DNA of 64,000 bases from a candidate division FCPU426 bacterium (GCA_963738405.1 CAVTWJ010000005.1:1-64000); one strand, 5' to 3'. Counted from the first letter of the stretch, positions 1-8,787 are shown. The notes: generated from the sequence alone by a model not told the origin. Program-made: numbers and translations.

Positions 1-175
1 ACAAGTCCATATGGCCTGTCCCCCGAATTTCGTAAACCATCCTTGTATCATTACCAACAACATTTAATAAAACAGCATCTGAAAATACAAAACATCCCCT
101 GATCTATTCTACAAAAATATGCTTTCTTTATTTGAACCTATCGTAATGTAAATAGGCGCCAACATTATCCATTTT
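1..175 (-). pseudogene. Possible decayed N-terminal fragment of a REP-associated (RAYT/IS200-like Y1) transposase
   Basis: With several frameshifts the minus strand reads DNVGAY-YITIGSN-RKHIF-RID...LLNVVG-MIQGWFTKF, which resembles the RAYT N-terminal pattern GAYF(V/I)TIC..R..(L/I)FG.I...LN..G.M...W. No intact ORF. It lies next to a hairpin array. Confidence 0.3.
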
Positions 176-236
176 TCCTGTCCACGCTGGGTCCCCATCG
201 TGTAAAAAAGGGTCAGCCATTGCGCAACGGGTGACC

Positions 237-697
237 GCTAAGGCGCAGATACACAAATGCCTTGTTTGGCATTTGTATTACCAAACCGCACGCCATAACC
301 TGATGTTATGGCGTAGGTACACAAATGCCTTGTTTGGCATTTGTATTACCAAACCGCACGCCATAACCTGATGTTATGGCGTAGATACACAAATGCCTTG
401 TTTGGCATTTGTATTACCAAACCTCACACCCCAATGCTTATATGGCATTGGGGCAATCAAGACCCGCGCCTTAGCTTGAGGCTAAGGCGCAGATACACAA
501 ATGCCTTGTTTGGCATTTGTATTACCAAACCTTACCCCATAACTTGTGGTTATGGGGTAGGTACACAAATGCCTTGTTTGGCATTTGTATTACCAAACCT
601 TACCCCATTACTTGTGGTTATGGGGTAGGTACGCAAATGCCTTTATAAGCATTTGCACCGCCAAGACTCACACCCTAACTGGAAGTTAGGGTGTAGG
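237..697. repeat. Array of two alternating palindromic units with a 68-bp period (REP/BIME-like)
   Basis: The 38-bp unit TACACAAATGCCTTGTTTGGCATTTGTATTACCAAACC is identical at 250, 318, 386, 494 and 562, with degenerate copies near 425 and 630. Copies are separated by ~30-bp units that are themselves hairpins with a 10-bp stem and 5-nt loop. Confidence 0.95.
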
Positions 698-2257
698 CGC
701 CCTCTCCACCTTGCAAACTTCCGGGCCCTTCGCACCCTGGCGCACTTCCACGATGACCGTCACGGGCACGATGGATACCACTTCCCCCTGGTAGTGCGAA
801 TCGCCCTTGGTGGTCACCACCCCTTCCACCCGAAAATCATCCAAAACCTCATCCGCGTTCACGCATTGAATCGGGCGTGTAAGTTTGAAGAAGCAGTTCC
901 ACTTCTGGTCCTGGATTTGTTGGATCTTGGCTGGCGGGTAATTTTCATAAAGAAACTGGTCCCAATAACCCGGCGTGACTTCGTCCCTAAGGTTCCCCAA
1001 CCATCCCTGAATATCGTGGTAGCTCGTCCCGAATAGGTCGCTGACAAAAAGCTTCACCCGCGGCTCATCCGCCCGTTCCCTGGGCTGGTATTGGGGAGGA
1101 ACCTCAAATGTTGGGGTTGGATTTGCCGGGTTGAGTACGCGGGGTTTGGGGTTAGAAGTTGACCCCACGCGGCTTTTAACCTGGACAGAGGGAGTCGCTT
1201 CCATAACCACCTGGGGCGGGTTCGCCGGCAATTCGAGGCCAAGTTTTGGAACCCATAAACCTTTAAACCACCAAGCCGCAATTAAAAGTGCCGCTATGAA
1301 GGCCGTTTCAAAAAAACGGGTTTGGAATTTTTCGTGGATCCACCCAACCAAAGCCAGGCCCAGCGCCAGCACCACCCAGGGGTTGGCCAGCGCATGGGCC
1401 AAAACCCATAGGATCAGGCGGATCGCCAGGTGGTATAGGAACGCACAGGCGGTATCGATTAAGGGGCCCACGATGGGGATAAAGTGCCCTATGAAGCCGA
1501 GGATGCCGACGATACTGCCATAGCCAAACAAGACGCAAAACCAGTAGAGCCCCCAATGCCCGAGGAACCGGATGGGGTGGGGGGTGGAGGAAGAACCCCC
1601 ATTCTTTCGGCTGGACCTAGAGTGAAGCGGGCAAAAATAGCCCGCCGTCGTCTTGGCGCCTTCACGGACGTACTTGTGGATCACCCCAGCTATGAATTTA
1701 AGGGTGGAAAATAGGCCTTTAGCGCCAACTTTTTGAAGCTTCTTGAGGGCCTTTTTGATGCCCTTCCCTTTCTTCTTCTTTTTGCCCGCTTTCCTCGAAG
1801 TTTTATCCCCGGAATCCCCTTCTTGGGCGCCGGCCTTGTTCTTTCGAGGCTTGTATTTGACCTGGGTATGGTTGAAATCCTGGGCCGGATTACCGCTGGC
1901 GATATGATCCACCAGGGCCTCAATGTGCCGGGTGGATAGGTGACGGGCAAAGATTTCATCTAAAGCCCCCTGGAGGGCTTTCGGGAGGTCCGCAACCTTA
2001 CCCTTTAGGCCCGTTAAGGCCTTTGCGCTTCTATAAGAGAGGGTAAAGCTTGAGTTGGGTTGATCAGCCTGGCGTATCCTTTCCAGGGAAGCCCTGTCCA
2101 AGACATCCCGGATAGCCGAAAGCTTAGACACCATTCCTTTGGTGATTTTTAGCGTCTTGGCTATTTCCTCAAAGGTGGGTTTGGGCTTTTTATCCAGTTC
2201 AGCGGACAGGGCCGACAACCGATCAAGCCATCCGGTGGATTGAGAAAATCGGGGCAA
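686..2257 (-). CDS. ParB-like HTH / transmembrane / extracytoplasmic-domain fusion protein, lacking the ParB N-terminal CTPase domain
   Basis: 523 aa, TTG start with GGGAG RBS. N-terminal HTH (TFEEIAKTLKITKGMVSKL), Lys-rich linker, several hydrophobic helices, Pro-rich linker and a ~130-aa C-terminal globular domain. The N-terminal part aligns by eye with the HTH region of 30577..32865. Confidence 0.75.
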   Translation of the reverse strand: MPRFSQSTGWLDRLSALSAELDKKPKPTFEEIAKTLKITKGMVSKLSAIRDVLDRASLERIRQADQPNSSFTLSYRSAKALTGLKGKVADLPKALQGALDEIFARHLSTRHIEALVDHIASGNPAQDFNHTQVKYKPRKNKAGAQEGDSGDKTSRKAGKKKKKGKGIKKALKKLQKVGAKGLFSTLKFIAGVIHKYVREGAKTTAGYFCPLHSRSSRKNGGSSSTPHPIRFLGHWGLYWFCVLFGYGSIVGILGFIGHFIPIVGPLIDTACAFLYHLAIRLILWVLAHALANPWVVLALGLALVGWIHEKFQTRFFETAFIAALLIAAWWFKGLWVPKLGLELPANPPQVVMEATPSVQVKSRVGSTSNPKPRVLNPANPTPTFEVPPQYQPRERADEPRVKLFVSDLFGTSYHDIQGWLGNLRDEVTPGYWDQFLYENYPPAKIQQIQDQKWNCFFKLTRPIQCVNADEVLDDFRVEGVVTTKGDSHYQGEVVSIVPVTVIVEVRQGAKGPEVCKVERAPTP

Positions 2258-2292
2258 GTATTTACTCCCTATGCGGGTGAGAAGTGGTTCTT

Positions 2293-2493
2293 GTTTACCG
2301 AAGATTCGGCTTAGTTTACCGGAAATAATTTGAATGTGCCTAATAAATACGGCGTTTTAAAGGAAATAGGCCGTGTTTACCGAAGATTTGTGGTTGTTTA
2401 CCGAGGATTTCGATCATGTTTACCGAAGAATTAATTTTGTTTACCGAAGAATATTTGCTGTTTACCGAAGATTTAGGCGAGGTTTACCGAAGA
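2293..2493. repeat. Iteron-like array: 8 copies of GTTTACCGAAGA at 21-22 bp spacing
   Basis: Copies start at 2293, 2314 (GTTTACCGGAAA), 2375, 2396 (GTTTACCGAGGA), 2418, 2439, 2460 and 2482. Spacings are 21, 61, 21, 22, 21, 21, 22. Confidence 0.95.
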
Positions 2494-2602
2494 ATGGGGC
2501 TATAGGCTAAAGGATGGGTTTAAGGCTGAAAATCGGGGTGGAGTAGGCTAATTAAAAACGCCCTTACCCCTGAAAAAAGGGTCAGGCTTACCTATTACGC
2601 CT

Positions 2603-4237
2603 TTACATCTGTTCGGGGGAAGAGACCCCAAGAAGGGCTAGGGCATTCCGCAGGACATTCTTTACCCCCAAAGCCAAGCTAAGGCGGGCATTGGCTACTT
2701 CAGGCGGGGCATCCAAAATGCGGTGTTTCGCGTAGAAGAGGTGAAATTCACCGGCCAAAACCTGTAAATAAGCCACCAAACGATGGGGTTCGTGGGCCTT
2801 GCCGCTTTCGGCCACCTGCTGGGGAAACTCAAGAATCCGGTTTAGAAGGGCCGATTCCTCGGGATGGGCCAGGGCAGACATCTTTTCACCCTCCATCGCC
2901 GGGGCAAAACCCCTTTCGGCGGTCTTTTTCAAGAGACTGCAAATACGGGCATGGGCGTATTGGATGTAATAAACAGGGTTTTCATCTGTCTGCTTTTTGG
3001 CCACTTCCAGATCGAAATCCAGGTGAGAATTGGCACTGCGCATGACAAAGAAAAAGCGGGCGGCGTCCTTCCCCGCTTCCTCCAGCAATTCATCCATGGT
3101 TACGAATTTGCCCTCTCGCTTGGACATCTTCATCTTTTCCCCGCCCTGAAGCAGGTTCACCTGCTGGGCGATCAAAACCTTGAACCCTTCCGGTTTATGG
3201 CCCAAAGCGATCAGGGCGGAAGTCATGCGTTGGATATGGCCATGGTGGTCCGGGCCCCAAATATCCACCAGTTCAGTAAAGCCCCGCTCAAATTTGCCCT
3301 GGTGATAGGCGATATCCGCGGCGAAATAAGCCGGATAACCGTCACTCTTTACCAACACTTCATCTTTGGGTGATCCATATTCAGAAACCCTGATCCAAAG
3401 GGCCCCTTCGTTCTCATAGGCCAATCCCTTTTGCTTGATCAGTTCCACCGTCTTTTCCACTAAACCGGTGGCGTGCAGTTCTTTCTTTTCAGAAAACCAG
3501 CGGTTGAACTGGACCCCGTAGGCTCCCAGCGTCTTCTTATGCCAATCTAACACTTGCGCCATTCCCCATTCCCCTGGTTCGGGGCGGGGTTCGGGAAGCT
3601 TTAAATAGTCTTGGGCCAAGTCATTCATGTAGGCGCCCTGGTATCCGCCTTCGGGGGCTTGGGCCGTGCCGCCCTTGGCCCGGTCACAGGCGGCCAAAAG
3701 GGATTCCCCAAAGAGCCGGGCCTGAACCCCGGCGTCATTCACGTAATATTCTTTCGAAACTTCGGCCCCTGAGGCCTGAAGTAGGTTGGAGATGGAATCA
3801 CCCAACGCTGCCGCCCGGGCACTGACGATGTTTAAAGGGCCCGTGGGGTTGGCGCTGACGAATTCCAATAAAACTTTTCGCCCTTTTTCTTTGTCTGAGC
3901 GGCCATAGAGGTCTTTCTGTTCCAGGGCATGGGCCAAGGCCGAATGAAAAACGGAGGGTTTCAGGCGGATATTAAGAAAACCCGGCGCGGCTACTGAAAG
4001 AGATTCCACGATGGGTTCTTCAATAGAAAAATGGGACTTCAATTCCTCAGCTAAAACTAATGGTGACTTTTTGAGTTTCTTGGCGAGGTTCATAGCCATG
4101 GGCGAGGCAAAATCCCCATGGTTCGGGTCCTTCGGGGCCTCAAGGATGGCGGGCATGCCTTCCGCGCCCATTTTCGCGGCGGCCTTTTCCAAGGCACGGC
4201 GAAGCAGGTCCTGAATAGTAAAGATATCGAAGATCAT
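2603..4237 (-). CDS. argS: Arginine--tRNA ligase
   Basis: EFVSANPTGPL motif, EYYVNDAG, WGPDHHG, KMSKR, YYIQYAHARI anticodon-binding domain, C-terminal PEQM. Confidence 0.97.
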   Translation of the reverse strand: MIFDIFTIQDLLRRALEKAAAKMGAEGMPAILEAPKDPNHGDFASPMAMNLAKKLKKSPLVLAEELKSHFSIEEPIVESLSVAAPGFLNIRLKPSVFHSALAHALEQKDLYGRSDKEKGRKVLLEFVSANPTGPLNIVSARAAALGDSISNLLQASGAEVSKEYYVNDAGVQARLFGESLLAACDRAKGGTAQAPEGGYQGAYMNDLAQDYLKLPEPRPEPGEWGMAQVLDWHKKTLGAYGVQFNRWFSEKKELHATGLVEKTVELIKQKGLAYENEGALWIRVSEYGSPKDEVLVKSDGYPAYFAADIAYHQGKFERGFTELVDIWGPDHHGHIQRMTSALIALGHKPEGFKVLIAQQVNLLQGGEKMKMSKREGKFVTMDELLEEAGKDAARFFFVMRSANSHLDFDLEVAKKQTDENPVYYIQYAHARICSLLKKTAERGFAPAMEGEKMSALAHPEESALLNRILEFPQQVAESGKAHEPHRLVAYLQVLAGEFHLFYAKHRILDAPPEVANARLSLALGVKNVLRNALALLGVSSPEQM

Positions 4238-4240
4238 CGT

Positions 4241-4606
4241 TTAAAGCGGGTTCGTCAGGAGGGTTTTATAAAGCAGGGAGTTGAACTTTTGCTCAATGGC
4301 TTGAAAATCGTTTTGGCGTCCGGCAAAAAACTCGGTCACCTGCCGGTCGACCTCCGGGCTGGTTGAGGGCAAAAACTCGACTTCCCTCTCGCCTTGGGCG
4401 TTCGTGTGTAGATGGGCCAGACCTAAACCCGCGAAGGTCTGCAGTTTCCCTTCTAAGGCGTCCTCCGGAAGGGACAGCAATTCCATAATTGATGAAAAGG
4501 GAAAGCGGGAACCCTTGGCCATGTACCAAATGCCCAACAACATGCGGGAGGTGTTGTTGATGAAAAGCTTGCGGAAATTGTTTCGATCAATGGTGAAGTC
4601 GGTCAT
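4241..4606 (-). CDS. Hypothetical protein, possible winged-helix fold
   Basis: 121-aa ORF fitting tightly between the LytR-C gene and argS, with AGAGG RBS. Confidence 0.65.
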   Translation of the reverse strand: MTDFTIDRNNFRKLFINNTSRMLLGIWYMAKGSRFPFSSIMELLSLPEDALEGKLQTFAGLGLAHLHTNAQGEREVEFLPSTSPEVDRQVTEFFAGRQNDFQAIEQKFNSLLYKTLLTNPL

Positions 4607-5477
4607 GGCGCCTCTCTTTAAGCTTTCGGTAGTCTCTACCCACGATCAAAACCGCGTCATTAGGCGGGGGAAGACTTGGAACTTCCTGAACCGAATCCTG
4701 GGTCAAACCCAAACGGTCCAAGACCTCTGCCAGGGCCACGGGAACCCCGACAGCCGTTTGTAAAACAGTATGGGAATAATGAAAATTATCGGCGTTCGTC
4801 GTGCCGGTCACCATCAAACCCGGCCCCTTGACCCTGCGGGCCACCCAGTCGGCGGCATTGGTTATACCACAACCATTCAAGATTTCCAGACGCACTTCCC
4901 CTTTGAAGGCTTCGGGTGTCGGAACCAAAGCCGGAGAAGTAACTTCCGGTGTCGTGGATGGCTGAGTATTCGCAACCAATCCATCCAGGGGAATAGTTGC
5001 TGTAAAGGGGGCTGGCGGTGGAACCGGCCAGTTAAAACTAAGGTAGAGCCTGTCCCAAACATTCAAATTATCGAAAAAGGATTCGGAGGTCTCGCCTAAG
5101 AAGCCCTTGATGCCCCCACCAAAATACCAAGGCCAACCCTCTCCATCTCCCGTCATGCCCACTACCAAGGGCCAGGAACCCAAGGACTTTGTAACCGACA
5201 AAAGCTGGGAAATGGATTTTTGGGTAAGGGCCTGCTTTAAGGACGTTTGAAGGTTACCCGGCAGGCGAAAGGCTTGAACCTGGGCTTCCTTTCCCTCCAA
5301 GGGAGCGCTGACCTCGAAGGCCTCAACCAAAGAAGAGTCGGCGGTAGCGAGGCCCGGAGTTAAACGAAAGACAATCGCCTTTACTGGATGTTGCGCAAGA
5401 CCCCGAGAACTCAGCCAGGCGCCCAAACCGAGGAGGCCCAGAATCAAAAGGGTTGTGATTAACGGACGGTTGTTCAT
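4587..5477 (-). CDS. LytR C-terminal domain-containing membrane protein (LCP-associated)
   Basis: N-terminal TM helix; C-terminal VRLEILNGCGITNAA...NADNFHY...DAVLIVGRDY is typical of LytR_C. Confidence 0.85.
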   Translation of the reverse strand: MNNRPLITTLLILGLLGLGAWLSSRGLAQHPVKAIVFRLTPGLATADSSLVEAFEVSAPLEGKEAQVQAFRLPGNLQTSLKQALTQKSISQLLSVTKSLGSWPLVVGMTGDGEGWPWYFGGGIKGFLGETSESFFDNLNVWDRLYLSFNWPVPPPAPFTATIPLDGLVANTQPSTTPEVTSPALVPTPEAFKGEVRLEILNGCGITNAADWVARRVKGPGLMVTGTTNADNFHYSHTVLQTAVGVPVALAEVLDRLGLTQDSVQEVPSLPPPNDAVLIVGRDYRKLKERRHDRLHH

Positions 5478-5514
5478 CCAGCGGGCTCCCGGCGGGTCTT
5501 ATTTATCATTTCAA

Positions 5515-6041
5515 TCAGAAGTTGTTTTAACCGTAAAAAGGCGCCTAAGCAAAGAAAAAAAATGAGAGACCTAATAAGATGCCATTCCACATGGAATAAA
5601 GTCCTGATATGGATAAAAAAATAACAAAAAGCAATTTTGCCACAGATACATGGGATGCACACAGATAAGACAAATAGTTTAAAGACTTTAAATCCCATGA
5701 ATCCCATGAATCTGTGGCTAAAATTTGTTTGAATTGATTTAGTTTTTGACCAAAAAATAATTCCAGGTCTCAACCAATCGGGGTCAGAAGTTGTTTTAAC
5801 CGCAAAACACGGCTCAAACAAAGAAAAAAAGAGAGACCTAATAAGATGCCATTCCACCCGAAATAAAATCCAGATAGATAACAAAACAGCAAAAGACAAT
5901 TTTGCCACAGATACATTGGATACACACAGATAAGACAAAGAGTTTAAAGACTTTTAATCCAATGAATCCCATGAATCTGTGGCTAAAATTTGTTTGAATT
6001 GATTTAGTTTTTGACCAAAAAATAATTCCAGGTCTCAACCA
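5515..6041. repeat. Diverged ~265-bp tandem duplication (5515-5776 / 5784-6041) that includes the yqeK 3' end and an inverted-repeat element
   Basis: Both copies start TCAGAAGTTGTTTTAACCG and end TTAGTTTTTGACCAAAAAATAATTCCAGGTCTCAACCA. Each contains TTTTGCCACAGAT...ATCTGTGGCTAAAA. Confidence 0.92.
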
Positions 6042-6582
6042 GCCTTGGGTGGATTTTGCGTTTTGTCGCCAGCAGGTAAGAAAGGGTTTGAGATGCCTTG
6101 ACCTTAACTCCCTCCGTCAGACTTTCACGGGCGGCCTTTCGGGCCTTGGCGAGCCCGTCAAAATGCCTGCCGGGTTCAATGTAATCCGCCACAAAAAGCG
6201 CCTGAGCCAGTTTGCCCATGCCCGGCTTACCGAGGGTATGGCACCTCACCGCCTCTAAAATGTCCCGATTCCGGCATCCCCATTCGTGATAGGCCAGGTT
6301 CGCTCCCGCGTGGGGGTGCCAAAGGGCGGGGATTTTTTCTTCCGTCTCATCCAAATAAAAAGGACCCTTCCGCAAAATTGTCCCCATTTCGCCACGGGTC
6401 ATTTCTTTGGCCGAGTCGTGAAATAGGGCGGCGGCCCTTAAAGGCAGTTCTCCCAGGCCAAACCTTTTACCCAAAACCACCGCGGCCTTTTCAACGCCCA
6501 GGATGTGGGTATAACGGTCCTTCCCCACCCTTTGACTGACCCAAACTCTGATTTTTTTGATTTTTGCTTCGTCGAGTCTCAC
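6004..6582 (-). CDS. yqeK: HD-domain Ap4A hydrolase (YqeK family)
   Basis: RYTHILGV, ALFHDSAK, WHPHAGA, AVRCHTLG, FVADYIEPGR motifs. Confidence 0.9.
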   Translation of the reverse strand: MRLDEAKIKKIRVWVSQRVGKDRYTHILGVEKAAVVLGKRFGLGELPLRAAALFHDSAKEMTRGEMGTILRKGPFYLDETEEKIPALWHPHAGANLAYHEWGCRNRDILEAVRCHTLGKPGMGKLAQALFVADYIEPGRHFDGLAKARKAARESLTEGVKVKASQTLSYLLATKRKIHPRLVETWNYFLVKN

Positions 6583-7517
6583 CCGTAGATCCCCGTATAG
6601 GCGATACCCCGGATAAGGACCTTCTGAAAGAGAATCAGCAATAAGACCGAGGGCAGGGTCGCCAGGGTTAAGGAAGCCACCACCACGTTCCAGGGTTCTC
6701 CGGCGTCCACCAGTTTCTGCACCCCCAGCATCAGCGGGTAGTAGTCGGGGTTGTTAAGAACAATGAGGGGCCAGAAGAACCCATTCCAGGCCGTCACAAA
6801 GCCAAACACCGAGAGGATGGCCAGAATGGGCCAGCTCATGGGGAGGATGAATTTAAAAAACACACGGCCTTCGGTACAGCCATCGATCCGGGCGGCGTAA
6901 ATGATTTCATTGGGGATGCCGTCGATAAAATCTTTCATGACCAAAATGGCGAAGGCGCTGAAAACCCCCGGCAGTATCAGGGCCCAATAGGTGTTCAATA
7001 GGTTCCAACCTGAACCGGCCGTGCCCAGGGGGAAATTTTTCATGATGAGGTAAAGCGGAATAATCAAAACCTCAAAGGGCACCATCAAACTAGTAAGAAA
7101 GAGGAGCAGGATGCCTCCGCCGAATTTAACCCTCAGCTTGGAAAGCGAATAGGCCGCCAGCGAACAAACCACCAGCTGGCCCGCCACCGTGCCCCCGCAA
7201 AGGATGAGGCTGTTGACCAGGTATCGCCCAAAGGGAAGAAGGCGCAGGGCCTCGTCAAAATTGTAGGAGCTGAAGTTCTGAACGCTCAAAGGCAGGGGGA
7301 TGGCGTAAAGCTCGCCGGGTGTGCGGAAACAGCCCAGAACCATCCAGGCCAAGGGAGCCACCGTCACGAGAGCCCCAACAAAGAGAACTAAAAACGCGAA
7401 AAACAAAAATAACTTGGCGCCTGTTTTTTTACGCTCGGTCCGTGAAAAAAGGCCGCGGCCCGCTCCCGTGGTGGGGGCAGGCGCCTTGGGGGCCTTTGTT
7501 TTTATGTTTTCCATCAA
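6579..7517 (-). CDS. Carbohydrate ABC transporter permease (MalG-like)
   Basis: Multi-TM protein with EAA-type loop (IYAARIDGC) and WNGFFWPLI. Confidence 0.92.
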   Translation of the reverse strand: MMENIKTKAPKAPAPTTGAGRGLFSRTERKKTGAKLFLFFAFLVLFVGALVTVAPLAWMVLGCFRTPGELYAIPLPLSVQNFSSYNFDEALRLLPFGRYLVNSLILCGGTVAGQLVVCSLAAYSLSKLRVKFGGGILLLFLTSLMVPFEVLIIPLYLIMKNFPLGTAGSGWNLLNTYWALILPGVFSAFAILVMKDFIDGIPNEIIYAARIDGCTEGRVFFKFILPMSWPILAILSVFGFVTAWNGFFWPLIVLNNPDYYPLMLGVQKLVDAGEPWNVVVASLTLATLPSVLLLILFQKVLIRGIAYTGIYG

Positions 7518-7518
7518 A

Positions 7519-8787
7519 TCACCTCGCCGCTTGGCGTACTTGGAAAAGGCGGACCATGGAGAAGAGCAACAGAACGCCGAACATCAGCATGGCCATGGCG
7601 CTGGCGTAGCCCAAATCCATGGACCCAAAGGCAGTCTTGTAGATATAGGTCCCGATGACTTCCGTGGCGTGCATGGGCCCGCCCCGGGTCATGACGAACA
7701 CCTCGGTGAAAACCTGGAAGGTGGTCAAGACCTGGATGATCAAAAGGATTCCCATAACAGGCCGCAAGTAAGGCAGGGTAATGTTGAAGAACTTGTGCCG
7801 GGGCCCGGCCCCGTCGATTTCCGCCGCTTCGTAAAGCTCATCGGGCATATTTTGAAGGGAGGCCAGGTAGATCATCATGAACCAACCGGTGTTTTTCCAA
7901 ACGAACATGAGCACGATGGAAATAAGGGCCCAGCGGGGGTCGGTCAGCCAGCCCACCTGAAAATCCGGGTCGCCGAAAAGCCTTTGTAAAAGGGCGTTCA
8001 GGACCCCATAGCCATCGTCGAAAATCCAGCGCCAAAGGTTGGCGGCGGGAACCGCCGGTAGGATAAAGGGGAGAAGATAAAGAACTTTTAAAAAGCCTTT
8101 CCCCACCGTCAGCTCATTCAAAAAAACCGCGAGGAGTATGGGCGGCCAAAATCCAAACAGAAGGGATATGGCCGTAAAGGCCGCGGCATTGACCACCGTT
8201 TGCCAGAAAAGGGGGTCGTTGAAGGCGCGTGTGTAATTGTCAAAGCCCACCGGCACGCTGGCGCCCAAGGGGCTGAAGTGGGTCAAGCTGATTTGAAAAC
8301 CCTGGACGAGGGGATAGGCGTAGAACAAACCAAAAAACACCAGGGCGGGCAGTAAAAACCAGAAGGCCTGGGCCCTAAACCCAAAGGGACTCCAAGCGGA
8401 ACGGGCCGCCTGAATGGGCTTATCGGGCTCAATGGGTTTATCGAAGATGGAGGCGGTCATTCGGCGGTCGCGGAGCTTTCCGGCCTTTTGCCTCTCCCGG
8501 ATCAGTTCCTTGGTGCGGTCCTCCATACTTTCACGGGGTTGGCCCTGAAGGAAGGGGGCGTTTTGAAGGGATTCAGAAGGAGGCACGGGAGCCGCATCGA
8601 TGGGTCCCGTATGGGTTTGGGCCATGCCCAACTGGCCGTGAAAAGGCTCCTGGGGGGAGGCGCTTTCACCCTCATCCTCGATTTCTAAATTAAGGCCTCC
8701 CTCCTCCAGAGAGGGAGGAACGGCCGAATCCTGCTTTTTTTCATCATCGTCATCATAGATGGAAAATGGTTTAAAATTTTCCGCCAA
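7519..8787 (-). CDS. Carbohydrate ABC transporter permease (MalF-like) with a long acidic N-terminal extension
   Basis: ELYEAAEIDGA...ITLPYLRP motif, VGFDNY, DLGYASAMA. Confidence 0.92.
   Translation of the reverse strand: MAENFKPFSIYDDDDEKKQDSAVPPSLEEGGLNLEIEDEGESASPQEPFHGQLGMAQTHTGPIDAAPVPPSESLQNAPFLQGQPRESMEDRTKELIRERQKAGKLRDRRMTASIFDKPIEPDKPIQAARSAWSPFGFRAQAFWFLLPALVFFGLFYAYPLVQGFQISLTHFSPLGASVPVGFDNYTRAFNDPLFWQTVVNAAAFTAISLLFGFWPPILLAVFLNELTVGKGFLKVLYLLPFILPAVPAANLWRWIFDDGYGVLNALLQRLFGDPDFQVGWLTDPRWALISIVLMFVWKNTGWFMMIYLASLQNMPDELYEAAEIDGAGPRHKFFNITLPYLRPVMGILLIIQVLTTFQVFTEVFVMTRGGPMHATEVIGTYIYKTAFGSMDLGYASAMAMLMFGVLLLFSMVRLFQVRQAAR

Noticed and set aside
341..628. 95-aa ORF
   Set aside because: It is a translation of the hairpin repeat array with no coding signature.
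250..630. CRISPR array (38-bp palindromic repeat with ~30-bp spacers)
   Set aside because: The spacers are duplicated (1 and 2 near-identical, 4 and 5 near-identical), related to each other and are themselves hairpins. No cas genes are in the window.
2293..2493. Plasmid replication origin or TIGR-type guide array
   Set aside because: No Rep gene is adjacent and the context is chromosomal (argS). There is only one repeat type rather than alternating edge/loop repeats, and no Nop-domain protein. Kept only as an iteron-like binding array.
5474..6038. ORFs 5474..5938 and 5838..6038
   Set aside because: They arise from the duplicated AT-rich repeat region, with Phe/Cys-rich junk composition.
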